A stretch of DNA of 64,000 nt, counting the filler, from Basidiobolus ranarum (Eukaryota): assembly GCA_040143965.1 (NCBI GenBank). It is 9 parts of 9 records of this genome, joined end to end, with 100 filler letters (N's around TTAATTAATTAA, not from the genome) between each part and the next. Parts side by side here need not be neighbours in the genome. Positions count along the whole stretch, not along the records: positions 1 to 7,097 come from JASJQH010008056.1; positions 7,198 to 14,289 come from JASJQH010008057.1; 7 more parts are not named here. One strand, written 5' to 3'. A model generated the notes under the pieces. It was given only the letters and a program-made list of their open reading frames with translations, did not search any database and was not told where the DNA came from. The translations under genes and the position numbers were made by a program. Positions 1-12,639 of the stretch are shown in pieces (the stretch's first letter is position 1; the number at the start of each line of letters is the position of its first letter).

Positions 1-1160
1 CTTGTTGTTTCTGATAGTAAAGGTGCGATTGGTGTATGGGACTGGGAATCCAGACAAAGAATCAACTATTTCGCTAATGGTAGGGGCCGAAGACCAGTCA
101 CATCAATCAAGTTTATCAACGAGGAAGACAGCGCACTCCTGGTCACAGGATCTAATGATGGGCTCGTCAGGATCTTTAAGAACTACGATTCAAATGAGAT
201 ACAAACCGTTTCCGCTTGGAGAGCTCTATCAGAAATGCTACCAAGCAACCGTGGAAGCGGCGTAATATTAGATTGGCAGCAATCTCGAGGAAGCTTGCTT
301 GCCAGTGGTGATGTTAAATGTATCAAGATCTGGGATGCTGCACGGGAGACTTGCGTCTCGGAGTTGCCTTCAAGATCAGGCAGTTGTGTCACCAGCTTAA
401 CAAGTGAAAAGATCACTGGAGATATAATTGTTGGTGGTTTTGGAGACGGCACCGTACGAGTATATGATAGACGGATGGATCCTAGAGACAGGTATGGTTA
501 TGACTTTTCGTCTGTTTTCCGTTTGTAGTCTAATGTAGTTTATATCTAAATACAGTATGGTAATGTGTTGGCGTGAGCATCCAGGCTGGGTCATTAATGT
601 TCATATGCAGCATGGCGGGAATAGAGAGCTCGTTTCTGGCAGGTGAGTAGATTTTTAAGTCCAAGTAGTTACATCACACCTTAACTTGTTTCTTTGAATT
701 TCAACAGCGTGGCTGGCGATATCAAACTTTGGGACATTCGTCACCCAACATCCATATACACCATTGAAGCTCATACTCAAGAATTAACTGCTTTGGCAGT
801 ACATGAACATGCCCCTGTGTTTGCTAGGTAAGCTATTTACTTAGCCTTTAAATGTATATTAGAATTGAACACTAATAGAACTGCATTTTGAATAGTGGAA
901 GTTCCAATCAGTCATTGAAAGTCTGGAATGCAGGAGGTACAAATCTTAGCACGATCAGGCACTACACGGGCATTTTATCCCAACGTGTCGTTCCTATATC
1001 CTCGGTTGCTTTTCATCCTCACAGAACGATACTAGCAGTTGGTGGAGAAGACCAATACATCTCTCTTTTCAGGTGTGGCCTTGAAGGGGTTGCCGTGAAT
1101 CCTTATTGGGGGGATAAGAATTCGTATGAGAATCACTTGATGGAGACACAATTTAATTAA
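1..1160 (+). CDS. KOG1: TORC1 subunit Raptor/Kog1/Mip1, C-terminal WD40 region (5' truncated); exons about 1-491, 556-642, 708-827, 896-1160
   Basis: The spliced translation gives Raptor-type segments: '[27 protein letters not shown]', '[24 protein letters not shown]', '[10 protein letters not shown]', '[13 protein letters not shown]', '[13 protein letters not shown]', 'VAFHPHR'. Three GT-AG introns keep the frame. Confidence 0.93.
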
Positions 1161-1827
1161 TCCAACAGCTTAGGTTCATCTTTGTACTTATCCCTAACCA
1201 TCAACATTTAAATACTCAGCTATTTTCGAAATTCCTATAGACTTTTGGTATCCAACACATTCTATCTTTTTGATATTTATACTATTTTTTATGACTTCGG
1301 AGGGCACTAGATTACATCCCATGTTTTTTTTCTATATTCCGAAGTATATCCCATTTTATAATACGAGATTGAATTAAGCTTGAAATCCAATCTATGTTTC
1401 TCACAATGTAGTTCATTATTATATTTCATAATATGTATCTAATTAAAGACAAGCTTCATTTCAATCCAGGAATTGGACCCTTCAACATGCCATTTTACGG
1501 GGCCTCCTTGCGATTTGACCCCTCTGAACCGGTGAAGGGAGTTTTCCTTACCCTGCTGTGTTTGTTGATATTCATTGCATGGTAAATTGACCAAGTTGAA
1601 ATTGAATTAACATTTATTGAATTCTTTTCAACAAATCGTAAAAATAAAGCATGACAAACCTTTTTATAATTGAGTAGATAGAATGGATTTAAATAATGAC
1701 TTATAGTTGAATTCTAGGTAGCTATGGTTCCTTTTTTGACTTGGCTACATTTCTATCACTATCACTACTAGAATAATATAATCAGTTAAATCTTGAAGTT
1801 GAGGTGAAAGTGATGGAAAATCTGTAT

Positions 1828-4082
1828 TTACGTCTCCGCTTGCTTCCGTTGATGACGAGCTTTAGGACCCCAATGCTTGGTGGGATTATGCTGGAAACGC
1901 ACCAACTTGATCTTGCGCGATTCGGGTGTGGCATCAGGATGAAGATTAAAATTCGCCACGAAACTAGAAGATATTCTATTTTAGTTTAATCGTTCAACTA
2001 CAATTTGAAAATAAAATTAGAATACCTCGCTTTTTGGGATAAAATCTTGGATGCTGGTGAATCTTCAGATATGTTCTTTACGGGATTTCTTTCCACCTAT
2101 GTTTCCATGATTAATTGCAACCTAAAATAAAATGTTTCTCCCTGAACGTACCCAATTTCTCATAATATCCCAGAGTACATCACTTGGTGCGTCTGTTTTC
2201 AATGATCCTTGGCAAGCATGAGACACACTAACCCTGTAACCTTCGTTTAAAATGGCCGAACTAAAGGATCAAAATGTTAGTCTAGGCTTTAGTCTACGAT
2301 GAGGGCATTTCCAATAGAATTCATTACCAGACAGAGACGAGTGATGGACTATTACAATGGAGAACTCTAGTAAGACCTGATAAAGTGTAATAAAACGGGA
2401 CATCTAATTCCTGAATGGTTTTAGTTGAGATGTATTTGAAGCAAACAGTTTGAATATTTTTACTTCCGAGATGACGCTTGCCATGCCCATCATTCGAGGT
2501 TGAGTTTTATAATTCTCTGCGGATACTTTGACATGGCTTAGCAAGCGAGTGACAAAATTCTTGTCATGAATATTGGCGCCCCAGAATGGACCACCTACCT
2601 GAGTATGATTACTGGTTATGAAGGCTTTCCCTAATAGTGATTTGAATTAAATATTACGTGATGTAAGCTTCCACAATGCTTGCAAAGACCATTGACGATT
2701 GGGCCAGCCACGGGTCCGTATTTGGTGCTATTACCATCTACTGTGATCTTCCCGAGAGGTTGCGTCTGAAATGATCTACAACCAGAGCACTGATATACCA
2801 TTGCTGTTTTGCTATAGGTATATGTGAGCGATTATTATCAAATCAAAAACATACTCAAAGTCAAAACTACCTAGCATTTTTCTTGACTTCGGCGGGAGAA
2901 GTATAAACACGAACAAACAATCTGACGTAGAAATCAATACTGCATGACATCAAAGGGACAATTTGTCTTTTATAACGAGCAGCGGCTGATTGAAGAGAAT
3001 TGAGAACTAATCTGAGAGCCTGATTGTTAGATAAGGTTAGTATTTTGACATCATTCACATGCATCTCTGCGAATACATACCATCTCATGAGAATAATCCG
3101 CTTTGACTGGCATTCCACCATATTTGTAAAAGCTGTTAAATTGAAAGTTATAAACTATGGTATCGGTTTAGGATGAATACGTGCTAGTTTACCAGGTCTC
3201 AGTATAACTATTACTAGCTAGAACAGCCAAGTCAGTGCATGTCACGCATAGAAGCCCTTAATCTTTGTATCAATATTACTGCACCCGTCAACATAGCTAT
3301 TAGATATTTTACCTCCGTCTGATACAGCTTGAACAGCACCATCAATAAATGGAGTAGCAGATCCGTACGGATCTAGATCAACGACATCATAACGTTTCAA
3401 GGGATCCCGATGATCATACATAACAGAGCTGGTTGATTAATCCTGTTAACATTCTATTGAGAAAACTGTTGAAATAAAACAGAACTAGTACCAAGCATCA
3501 CCCAGACTGGGGCGAACTTTATCCTCGCCCAAGTTATTAAATTTGAGGTTACGTTTGATAGCAGTAACAGCATCAGGCTCGAGGTCGTTGGCGACAATGT
3601 ATTTGACGTCAGGTATCTCTTTCGCGTAACGAATAGAGCGAAGACCAGTTGCAGATAAAGCTTCCAGAACCGTAAATTCCTTAATAGGCTCTACATTCGA
3701 GTTGGACTAGAATGTAGTTTAGCAAACTGATAAAAGCAAAATAGAAAGAGCAACTCCATTACTTGAGAATCGATATCCCGGGCATGAACTAGAAGTAAAG
3801 AGATAAATGAATTTAGTTTGACACGTCTGGAGATACTCATGTCTTCGAAACTGCTATACTTTGGTTATTCTTCTTTTTTTCAGCCATTTTTTGCTTTTCC
3901 TCGAAAAACATTTCACTCCAAGTTCTTATGGCTGCGATAGACATATCTCGGTTGAATTGTTGAACAGGATTGTAAAATACTTCATTAGAAATAGGGAATA
4001 AGATAGTTGCTTGTCCTTCGACAATCTTATTATACAACGATTCATCAAATTGTACTTGTATGTCTTCAGCGTTAGTATCCAT
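1828..4082 (-). CDS. TRM1: tRNA (guanine-26-N2,N2)-dimethyltransferase, multi-exon
   Basis: Motifs '[18 protein letters not shown]', '[18 protein letters not shown]', 'DLDPYGS', '[12 protein letters not shown]' and C-terminal '[16 protein letters not shown]'. ATG at 4082, TAA at 1828-1830. Many short introns and a probable 26-nt exon at 3763-3788. Confidence 0.95.
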
Positions 4083-4716
4083 ATTATTAGTACTCTATCA
4101 GAAATTGTGTTCAACCTCGAGTCATTCAATATGGAAGCCAAGAAAAATTCACCAGTATTACTTGCACAAGTAGAAATGATTTTTTATTTAAATGCTAATG
4201 CATTACTCACTACCACTCAATAATATATTCAGCTGGTATGTTTCTAAATATGATTAGCATGATGATTGGTTTATTAGTAAGTTAAAATATCCGAGCCCAG
4301 TATATCATTCAGTCAGATGAGATATACATATATATAGATTTTTGCGGTATAGCAGGGTAACGTTGGAAAATTGTTCATCGAAGATGAGGTTATCAAAATC
4401 ATGATGTGTATATGCATATACCGAGATAACATTCCATTCTACAACATAACCAGTCAACTAGTATGATAAACATGCTTTGGTACTACAGCATTGATCATTA
4501 AGCATTTATCATGAAATTGGTGACCTGTGCAACTAGTGAACTGATTTGAATTTTCAATGGAAAAAAATTCCTATATTGATATTAATCGTCGATTTTTCTC
4601 ACGTGCTCGGTGACAATGTTCAATCTTGATGGAACTTTTCAGCTTCACCATATGCCTATGAAGCCCAACCCTACATTTTAAACTAACATAAGAAGTTCAA
4701 CTTCTATATAAATACA

Positions 4717-6226
4717 ATGGAAAACATACCTGAAGCATTGAAGTTTATAAATCCGTATTACCAACGTGCTAAAGAGTTGAAGAATCATGAACCTATCATC
4801 GCTTATTATTGTATGACTTGTAAAATTCACGAAATCCATTTTCTTCCTCAATTAATCAAGCCCTTTATCACTGTATAGGTAACTACTATGCCGCAAAGCT
4901 TGCCATAGCAAAAGGTGCCTTGGATAAGGAATGCCAATTATTTTTAGTCACCCTGCTTGATAACTTGGAGCAGGTACACATGAAGCGATCTATCTTCATC
5001 TTTACAGTATTCTAACTTTTCCTCCTTTAAAAAGGAGAAAAAATCCTTAGCTAATAATGAAATCGTCAATGATGATGAAAAAGGGAAAGCATACATCGAG
5101 GATTTCGCCGTCAGAGTGTTCTTGAATGCTGACAATGAAGATCGAGCTGGAAAAGCCAGCAAGTATGTTTAGCACTGTTTCTATTTACTATTCTCGAAAA
5201 CTAAGTTACGTTATATAATAGAAAAACTGTCAAAACTTTCCTAGCAGCATCTATATTTCTTGAACTTTTGAAAATCTTTGGTGAGGTGGACCCAGAGGTA
5301 AGCAACGAACCATCGATTGGAGTATCACTCTAATCGAGACATTTCTTTGTATTTTGCGACATTTAGTGATATGTATTTTATAAATATATTTATAGATCGA
5401 AGAGAAAGTCAAATATTCAAAATGGAAGGCTACTGACATTATGAAGGCTCTGAAAGAGGGTAGAACTCCTCACCCCGGGCCGCCTGGATGGGAGCCCTCT
5501 AATGAAATGAACGATGAAAACGTCAACTCAAGCGAGTTTCAGAACGTAGACGATGTACCGAAAATTCAAGATTTCCCAGCTCCACCCTCATTCTCACCAC
5601 AATTCGACCCGAATGAAACTAATCAGCAAAAGTTTAGCCCCCCTCTGAATCCACCCAATAACTCGAATTTTGATGAAGTCAACGGAGAGAACTTTAATAG
5701 AATGAATTCCCAGCCTAGTCCACACCAATCTCCACCACAAAACTTCCCCTCTTTCGCTGAATTTCCATCAAATCCATCAGATAATTTGGGCTCTAATGGG
5801 TACTCTTCTCACCCATCGTACGATCAAAGTCATACCCACTTTGGGCGTAACGATTACAATGATTCACAACACTATCCTACCCAGAATATGAATGATTCCC
5901 CATACAATCCAAACTTCGCACCTGGTACCAACTTCAATACGGGAATGCCGCAGCATCCACCCAACGATCCCTATGGGTATAACAGTCAACCTCAGCGTTC
6001 TTTCCAACCACCACCACCACCACAAGCTTATCAGCAACAACAGCAGTATCACAATGAGCCAAGTCAAGATGAATATGCCAAGCTGGACACTGATCCTCAA
6101 GCTATCTCTATGGCACAAAAGCATTCACGCTTCGCCATCAGTGCACTTGAATATGATGACGTGAAAACTGCGGTAGAGAATTTGAGAAAAGCATTGGCAA
6201 TTCTGGAGCCCTACAACAGGAAGTAA
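4717..6226 (+). CDS. VTA1: ESCRT/Vps4 cofactor Vta1 (MIT domain, P/Q/N-rich linker, VSL domain); exons 4717-4810, 4879-4973, 5035-5162, 5222-5297, 5396-6226
   Basis: N-terminal 'PYYQRAKELKNHEPIIAYYCNYYA', 'FLNADNEDRAG', 'KVKYSKWKATDI'. C-terminal 'AQKHSRFAISALEYDDVKTAVENLRKAL'. Four frame-preserving GT-AG introns. Confidence 0.93.
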
Positions 6227-6834
6227 ATGACTCCAGTCGAACAAACACAGTGATATCATTTTGCAATTGCCCATTTTCAAAATAGTAAAAAATCCCCAAA
6301 TTAACCTTAAATCTGCCAAAGTAGTTTTTATTTCAAGAATGTTTAACAACTGTACCGTACATTGGTAATGGAATAGGTTCTTGTCGGAAGAAGGATATAG
6401 AAAATGTCGTTACCAGTGTAAATGGCTTGATGCTTTTCTAACCTTGGGATATTTCAATGGCTTTGAAATATATACGGCTCGGTTAGTTTCTCCGATGAAT
6501 AGAAGGTTACTAACTAAAAATAATTGTTAATCGAATCAACTGATCGTAACTAGCTTCACATTGTTTGGAAGAGCGAATTGAGATATCAGTAGATTGTAGA
6601 GAGCATTTGACAAGTTTCGTTGTAAACGTTAAGGGTAACAAAAAGAGATATATACACGATTACTTATAAACACGAAAAATTAACTACGGCGTTAACTAAG
6701 AGTCCAGCTCATAAATCAGACAATGTAACCAAGTACAAACAAAAAATTTCGAAAGACCTACTTGCTATGATTGACTACTACCCAAGCAAAAGTTGTGACG
6801 GAAGTATCAAGTTCACGCTGGTATGATTGGGGAA

Positions 6835-7020
6835 TTATTCCTCTTCATGAGAGTGTTCATCTGGTGAATCGGCAAACAATTCACTTGCAGTAGAGTTTAC
6901 ACTACTACAATAATTGACTGCTAAGTTTGAGGACGAAGCATCTGAGTGAGAGCCTTGGATTACCGACGCAGTAACTAAAGTGGAAAGATGTGAACTTTCT
7001 TCAATTTCCCCTTGTGTTAT
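6835..7020 (-). CDS. possible terminal exon of an unknown gene cut by the contig end
   Basis: A 62-codon Ser/Glu-rich open frame follows an AG at 7021-7022 and ends in TAA. No recognisable motif, and other acceptors are possible. Confidence 0.25.
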   Translation of the reverse strand: MTQGEIEESSHLSTLVTASVIQGSHSDASSSNLAVNYCSSVNSTASELFADSPDEHSHEEE

Positions 7021-7097
7021 CTAGGATCCCACTGATTTACAAGTCCAGCATTCCTTGCATATTAGAATAAACTGACGAGTCTTATCAGCATGGTATT

Positions 7098-7197
7098 NNN
7101 NNNNNNNNNNNNNNNNNNNNNNNNNNNNNNNNNNNNNNNNNTTAATTAATTAANNNNNNNNNNNNNNNNNNNNNNNNNNNNNNNNNNNNNNNNNNNN
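7098..7197. other. artificial contig spacer
   Basis: 44 N + TTAATTAATTAA (stop codons in all six frames) + 44 N. Confidence 0.99.
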
Positions 7198-7544
7198 TGA
7201 TTCAAGATCGAGGCGTTGAGGCAATCATTAATGATAACTTGATTGGAAACGTGTTGACTATGGGCGGGCTCCTGGGTGGTGTCATTACAGGGCTGATCAC
7301 CTATTTGTTCATTTTAATCTTCAAGCCTGCTGTCAACAACAACGGGCAGTTCACCATTATTTTCATTCTCTTTGGTTTCATCATCGGCCTCACACTGTTT
7401 ATTCTTGTCGCGGAGGTGATTGAGAGTGGAACTGCTACAACATTCGTGTGTCTAGCAGAAGACCCCAATGCATTACGCCAGTCACAGCCTGAGCTCTTTG
7501 AGAAAATCAGACAGACTTATCCTGAAGTTGTTCAGGGCGTATAA
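7198..7544 (+). CDS. PNS1: choline transporter-like protein Pns1, C-terminal fragment
   Basis: 'IQDRGVEAIINDNLIGNVL', two hydrophobic helices, then 'VIESGTATTFVCLAEDPNAL...YPEVVQGV*', typical of the fungal Pns1 C-terminus. Confidence 0.85.
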
Positions 7545-8771
7545 CTTGAACACCTATGAGGCCACCTCCAAATCACTCCATTCAGTGACCATCCACCCAT
7601 TGCTTTATCACTGTGGTCGCATGCTCCACTGTATCTAGTACTACCATAGGTTTACCCAGTAATTAACATATTAATATATTTCAAACTAAATTGGAGTATT
7701 GATTGCATTCTATCACCTTGTTCGCATCAAGTGCCCCTAATATACATCGTTTGCATTCATCTAATCTACTCGATTCGGCATTATGTTGGGCGTGTGTGAG
7801 AGAGGGGAGGCATAGAGAACAGAGAATCTCACCCGAACTGTTCCTGTTTCAACATGATCCTCTCAGCAATTGTGCCCCGTTTGTTTCGTACTGGTTGTCA
7901 TGGAAAAGCACTATGCACAGATACCAGAAAAATACCGAGTGGGCAATAGCCAGTTAGGGGCGTTGGTGAAATACAGTCTCTTGACCTTCCATTCTAGATT
8001 TGTTGTCCTACTAGCCCATGTTGGTTTCGCCGATTGACGCATTTGATTGGTCAACTCTGGATCGGATCATGATCTCACCATAGTTTCTTTATTGCAGATT
8101 GCGGATCTGGGAACTGCAAGCTTATACAATAACAAAGAAGTATTGCGACTCTTACTTAATACGGAGGCACATGACATCATATCATTGCACCAGATTCGCT
8201 TGGAGGTACTAGGAATAAATCTTATTAATTCTTTTACTATTTATAGTTCGTGCCACTTACTGCACTTAATGCACTTGTGCACACTTGCTAGTGGACTCAA
8301 CATGATGTAGAGCTTAAAAATGCATCTGATATTGATTTGAACTTACATATCTTCTCAGTAGAATCAGTGTTTCATTGCCATTAGATTCCTGATCACGACC
8401 GGCGAATCCAGAGTAATAAAGTGGACATATTTGGTACCAATAAGTACATGTGGTCTTGTGTAAGGCAGCGAAATGGAAACTTAAACTTTAATGGGTACAC
8501 AGAGCATGAATGCCATTTTATGCTATTACACCGCATTTTGCATATGTACCATGAGTTACGAGTATTTTTCTACATGACCAAATCTACCAGCTGGTTAATC
8601 TCTACCAATAAGGCAATGTTTACTCATGCAGTCCCAAGGCTGATTTCTGAGCGATTGCCTCAGTTTGTTATGGATGTCTGATGCATATCTGTTTTCCTTC
8701 TTTCTTGAAGGTTCAAATGTACTTTTTGGATATTGACATCATTGAGTTGAAATTGCTTCTTCCCAAGTTAT

Positions 8772-9065
8772 TGTCGAAGTATTTTGGGAGTTGTTGGAAG
8801 TAGAAAGAATTGATGGCATTCACTGGTTGATTTATTGAATGGAAAGTGGATATTTATAGTTGGGTAAACAAAAAAACATATATAATATGTTAAGGAAGGT
8901 CCCAGGAACATGTGTGCAAAGTTTGGGGCCTCTACGACAACTTTGAAAAATGTTCCAAGTAAATTCCTCTTGAAAATAGTGAGTGATATCTTGGTGAAAT
9001 ATGAAATAACCAATTACTGAGCTATATATGACTATATAGATGTTTAGGCTATGTTAATTTCAACA
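8772..9065. mobile_element. solo LTR, family A, internally deleted, with 5-bp TSD
   Basis: TG...CA termini flanked by GTTAT at 8767-8771 and 9066-9070. Homologous to 9416-9763. Confidence 0.85.
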
Positions 9066-9415
9066 GTTATACCATTATCTATAATAGTATCTATATCGTC
9101 GATAATCTTTTCTTTTAGGATATAGCGTTTCTACAAAAGGTTTGAACTCTACTGTATCTTTCACTACTGATACTCGACTTAATTATTCGTATCCAAACAT
9201 GAATCAATTACCAGGCTAATTAAAGATTGATTTGATACTTGTAATAAATAATGAACTGGATAACTTACTGTCAGAGTTAGCTCCAGAGATTGAAACATGC
9301 TATTTTAACTTTTAAGATCTCTTATTACTGATCAGTTATGAGCGCATTGTTTTTGATGATCATTTTGTTGTATTCATATTCTTTAGTCTGACGCCCCCTA
9401 TATCGACCAGTTAGT

Positions 9416-9763
9416 TGTTAAAGTATTTGGGAGCCTGTTGGAAGTGGTTTGGAGAATTAGAGAAAGTGGGGGTTATCACTTGTTGATTTATTGAGTAGAA
9501 AGTTGACATATATACTTTTGTCAAGATGTAAACAAACTAACGTGTAGAATGTGTTAAGAAAGGTCCCAGGAACATGTGTGCAAAGTTCGGGGCTTCTAGC
9601 ACAAGTTAGCAAAATCTATATATCAGAGAAGTTCTAAGTTGGTGTCAATATTCTAAGTAAATTCCTTATGAGAATAATGGATAATATCTTAGTTCAATAT
9701 AAGATAACTAAGTACTAAGCTATATATGACTATATAGGTGTTTAGGCAATGCTAATTTTAACA
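9416..9763. mobile_element. solo LTR, family A, 348 bp, with 5-bp TSD
   Basis: TGTTAAA...TTTAACA inverted termini, flanked by TTAGT at 9411-9415 and 9764-9768. Confidence 0.9.
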
Positions 9764-9805
9764 TTAGTAGGCTTTTAGACATGACTACTAAGAGTTGTTT
9801 GAGAT

Positions 9806-10076
9806 TGTTAAAGTATTTTGGGAGTTGTTGGAAGTGATTTGGAGAATAAGAAGAATTGGTGGTTTCACTTAATGGTTTATTGAGTGTAAGTTGTCATTTA
9901 TACTTTTGTCAAGAAGTAGATAAGTCAACGTGTAGAATGTGTTAAGGAAGGTCCCAGGAACATGTGTGCAAAGTTCGGGGACTTTTGGACAAGTTTGAGA
10001 AAAGCTTCCAAGTAAATTCCTCATGAAGATATTCAATAATAACAGTGGAATTTAGGTAGCTAGCTATATGACTATA
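9806..10076. mobile_element. LTR family A copy, one end degraded
   Basis: Starts TGTTAAAGTATTTTGGGAG and shares the core AAGGTCCCAGGAACATGTGTGCAAAGTT. The right boundary is approximate. Confidence 0.75.
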
Positions 10077-12027
10077 CTGCTATTGCTGAAAATGACAAGC
10101 ATCTATAGAGGTCAAGGGTTACCATATTGACTATGATAATATAATATGTATTTATTGTTACTTAGCAAAGTCCTCTGAATCCACTTCCTAGCACAATTTT
10201 TGTGTTAGCATATTTAGTATGACTTTAGATTACTCAAAGTATTCTAATTGCTTTCAATTTCGACATCTACATCTGATAAAAATAATACTTTTTCTATTAA
10301 TTCAAGAACCTTTTGGCACTTTCTATATGTTGAGTGGAGTCGGAGTAAAGCCCTTGAACTCAAATGACCAGAATGCCTGCTATATAGTCTTCAAATCTTT
10401 TCGAGCTCTTCAATGTTGGTTGCTTGCATTCAATCCATATAAGCACTAAGAGGGTCTTTCCAAAACTTTCAAATGGCTACTGTTGATTTTCGTAGTAATA
10501 ACTTGGCCTGACTTCTGGATGGCAGAGTGTCGATTTCATTGGATCGGGAGCACTTGCTCTAGTAGAAACACCATTTCTTACTCAATCCTAGGTTGACAAC
10601 CAACTATCAATAATGAGTTTCAACCAAGGTTTGGATAGTAAAGCACTATTGCATACACGTCCATAGTAGTTAATATATTGTCTGATTCATTTTGATCCAA
10701 AATATTGCCAAGTATTGCTTTTTAATATCGTCCAATATCGGAGAATACTTGGAGAATCATATACAGAGCCTCAGCTCACTTCTTTAGCAAATGCTCGAAA
10801 GCATGTTCCTACGATGTTAGCCGAGTGCTTGTCTCTACAGAATGCACTGTTGCTTACTGATAAACCAAATTTTGAATGTCTACCTGTGTTGCCGTGAAAC
10901 ACCGTACATACTGGATCCTGTGGTACATTGTATCTGACGTTATTTACACCAATTCGCAACATCCGCTGGACTAATAAGTCACCATTATTGTCACGAAAAT
11001 AGTTTAATAATGATACACAGAGCGTGATCTATCCACATTCTAGATTAATACTAGGGTGGCAAATGGCTGCTTTTCAATGCTACCAAAGTTGGTCACTACT
11101 AAACCACATTCTCTGCTTTAAAGCGGTAACCCTTTCTAGATCTTCACAGAATCAACCCTGAAGTTGCTCATACTGAAGCCTTAGTTGGGTTTGGGCCAGG
11201 GTCTAACGCTAATGATGGATATCCAGCCTCCGTATAATCAATCGCTTAAGGAAACTGGTAAAGGGTTTCAGGCAATTGGTTGAGAAGTTTTTATCCTTGT
11301 TGGAAGTAGTACAGTTTGATTGCCATGTTCTCGTGCTTCTTACGCTCCAGGTTCATAGTTTCTTTGAAGGGAAACATTTTGACTGCTAGCATCTACTAAA
11401 TATAAATATATACGTTGATTGTTGAATTGGGGATCTATCCTTTTATGGCAATCATTATAAACAGATTACGACTTGATTCTCATGTCATTAACGATCGAAT
11501 TAACCGAAAATCCGAAATTCCGAAATTCCATGTGAACAAACAAACTGTCTGGAAGGCTAGCTGGTGCTAAAAGCTGTAGCGTATCTTCGTTACGCCGACG
11601 CTGTTACCTGACTATTCTCTGCACCCTCGTTGCTCGATCCCCCGTCGAGTTGTAGCTCATTCCTTCGGGTGTGAGACAAGCGTCTTTCTTCGTTATCTAT
11701 TTAACTTGCAGTGTGGTTCAAATTAATTTCCACCTTTTTCGGTTCGTCATTGATTTCGCAAAATGAAAGTGACGTTTTATTACTAAAAAAGCAAACAGCC
11801 TTCACTCGATTAAAATGGTGTTATTGTTTGGGCAGTAACTGTTCTAGGCAGCCAATAATCGGTGCGAAAAGCGGAAATAAAATTCTCGGTAGGATTCTAA
11901 AGAAAACGCTAATCAAGGATAAAGTGGAAATTGCCAAAAATATTCATTGGAGTTAGACTACAAAACCAACGCTTGCTGAGCAAAGCAATTTCAAATTCTC
12001 TTATCGTAAGCTTTTCAACATTTCAGT

Positions 12028-12639
12028 ATGAAACTTTGCTCCTGTAACTGCCATCAAGCCCAAAGAAAGCAGGCTGACCCCACAGCGTTGGGTATTATGA
12101 GCTTCTCTATCTCCACGGTAGTTCTAGCTCTGCTCTCTCTTGGCATTGTTACCGACAATTCTACGGTCATTTGTGGATGGGGATTTTTTATGGGTGGCCT
12201 CTGCCAGTTTATTGCTGGCATGTGGGACTTTGCCCGAGGTAATAACTTTGGTGGCTGCGCTTTTGCTGTTTATGGTGCTTTCTGGTTTACTACCGGAGTG
12301 AATTTTTTACCTGCAGCTGGGATCGCTCAAGACTACACCGACGGTACTTACTTGAAGGCCACTGGTATCTGCACCTTTGCTTGGGTCATTCTGAACGCCA
12401 TTTTTTCCTATTCGGCTTGGCGTACACAGCCTAAGACCTCTTTTATCACCTTTTTCCTCCTCTTTCTCAGTTTGGTGTTTCTATCCATTGCTCAGCTCTT
12501 CGGTGTTCAAGTTTGCTTCACAATCTGTGGTATTGTTCAACTTTTGGCCGCTGCGGTTGGCCTCTACGTCTCAACAGTCATATTGTCCACTCCGGACACA
12601 ACTAATGAAGACTTGTCTATGCTTGACGATAAAGTTTAG
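12028..12639 (+). CDS. Gpr1/Fun34/SatP (AceTr) family acetate/ammonia transporter, intronless, 203 aa
   Basis: 'ADPTALGIMSF' (variant of NPAPLGL), 'GGLCQFIAGMWDF', 'NNFGGCAFAVYGAFW'; about six hydrophobic helices. Confidence 0.9.
   Translation: MKLCSCNCHQAQRKQADPTALGIMSFSISTVVLALLSLGIVTDNSTVICGWGFFMGGLCQFIAGMWDFARGNNFGGCAFAVYGAFWFTTGVNFLPAAGIAQDYTDGTYLKATGICTFAWVILNAIFSYSAWRTQPKTSFITFFLLFLSLVFLSIAQLFGVQVCFTICGIVQLLAAAVGLYVSTVILSTPDTTNEDLSMLDDKV

Noticed and set aside
1538-1556. GTAAGGAAAA on the minus strand resembling part of U12 snRNA
   Set aside because: Only about 10 nt match; the conserved 5' flank and an Sm site are not evident.
4083-4141. N-terminal mitochondrial extension of TRM1, as in yeast
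   Set aside because: In-frame TGA TAG lie five and six codons upstream of the ATG, and ORF 3926-4141 is in another frame.
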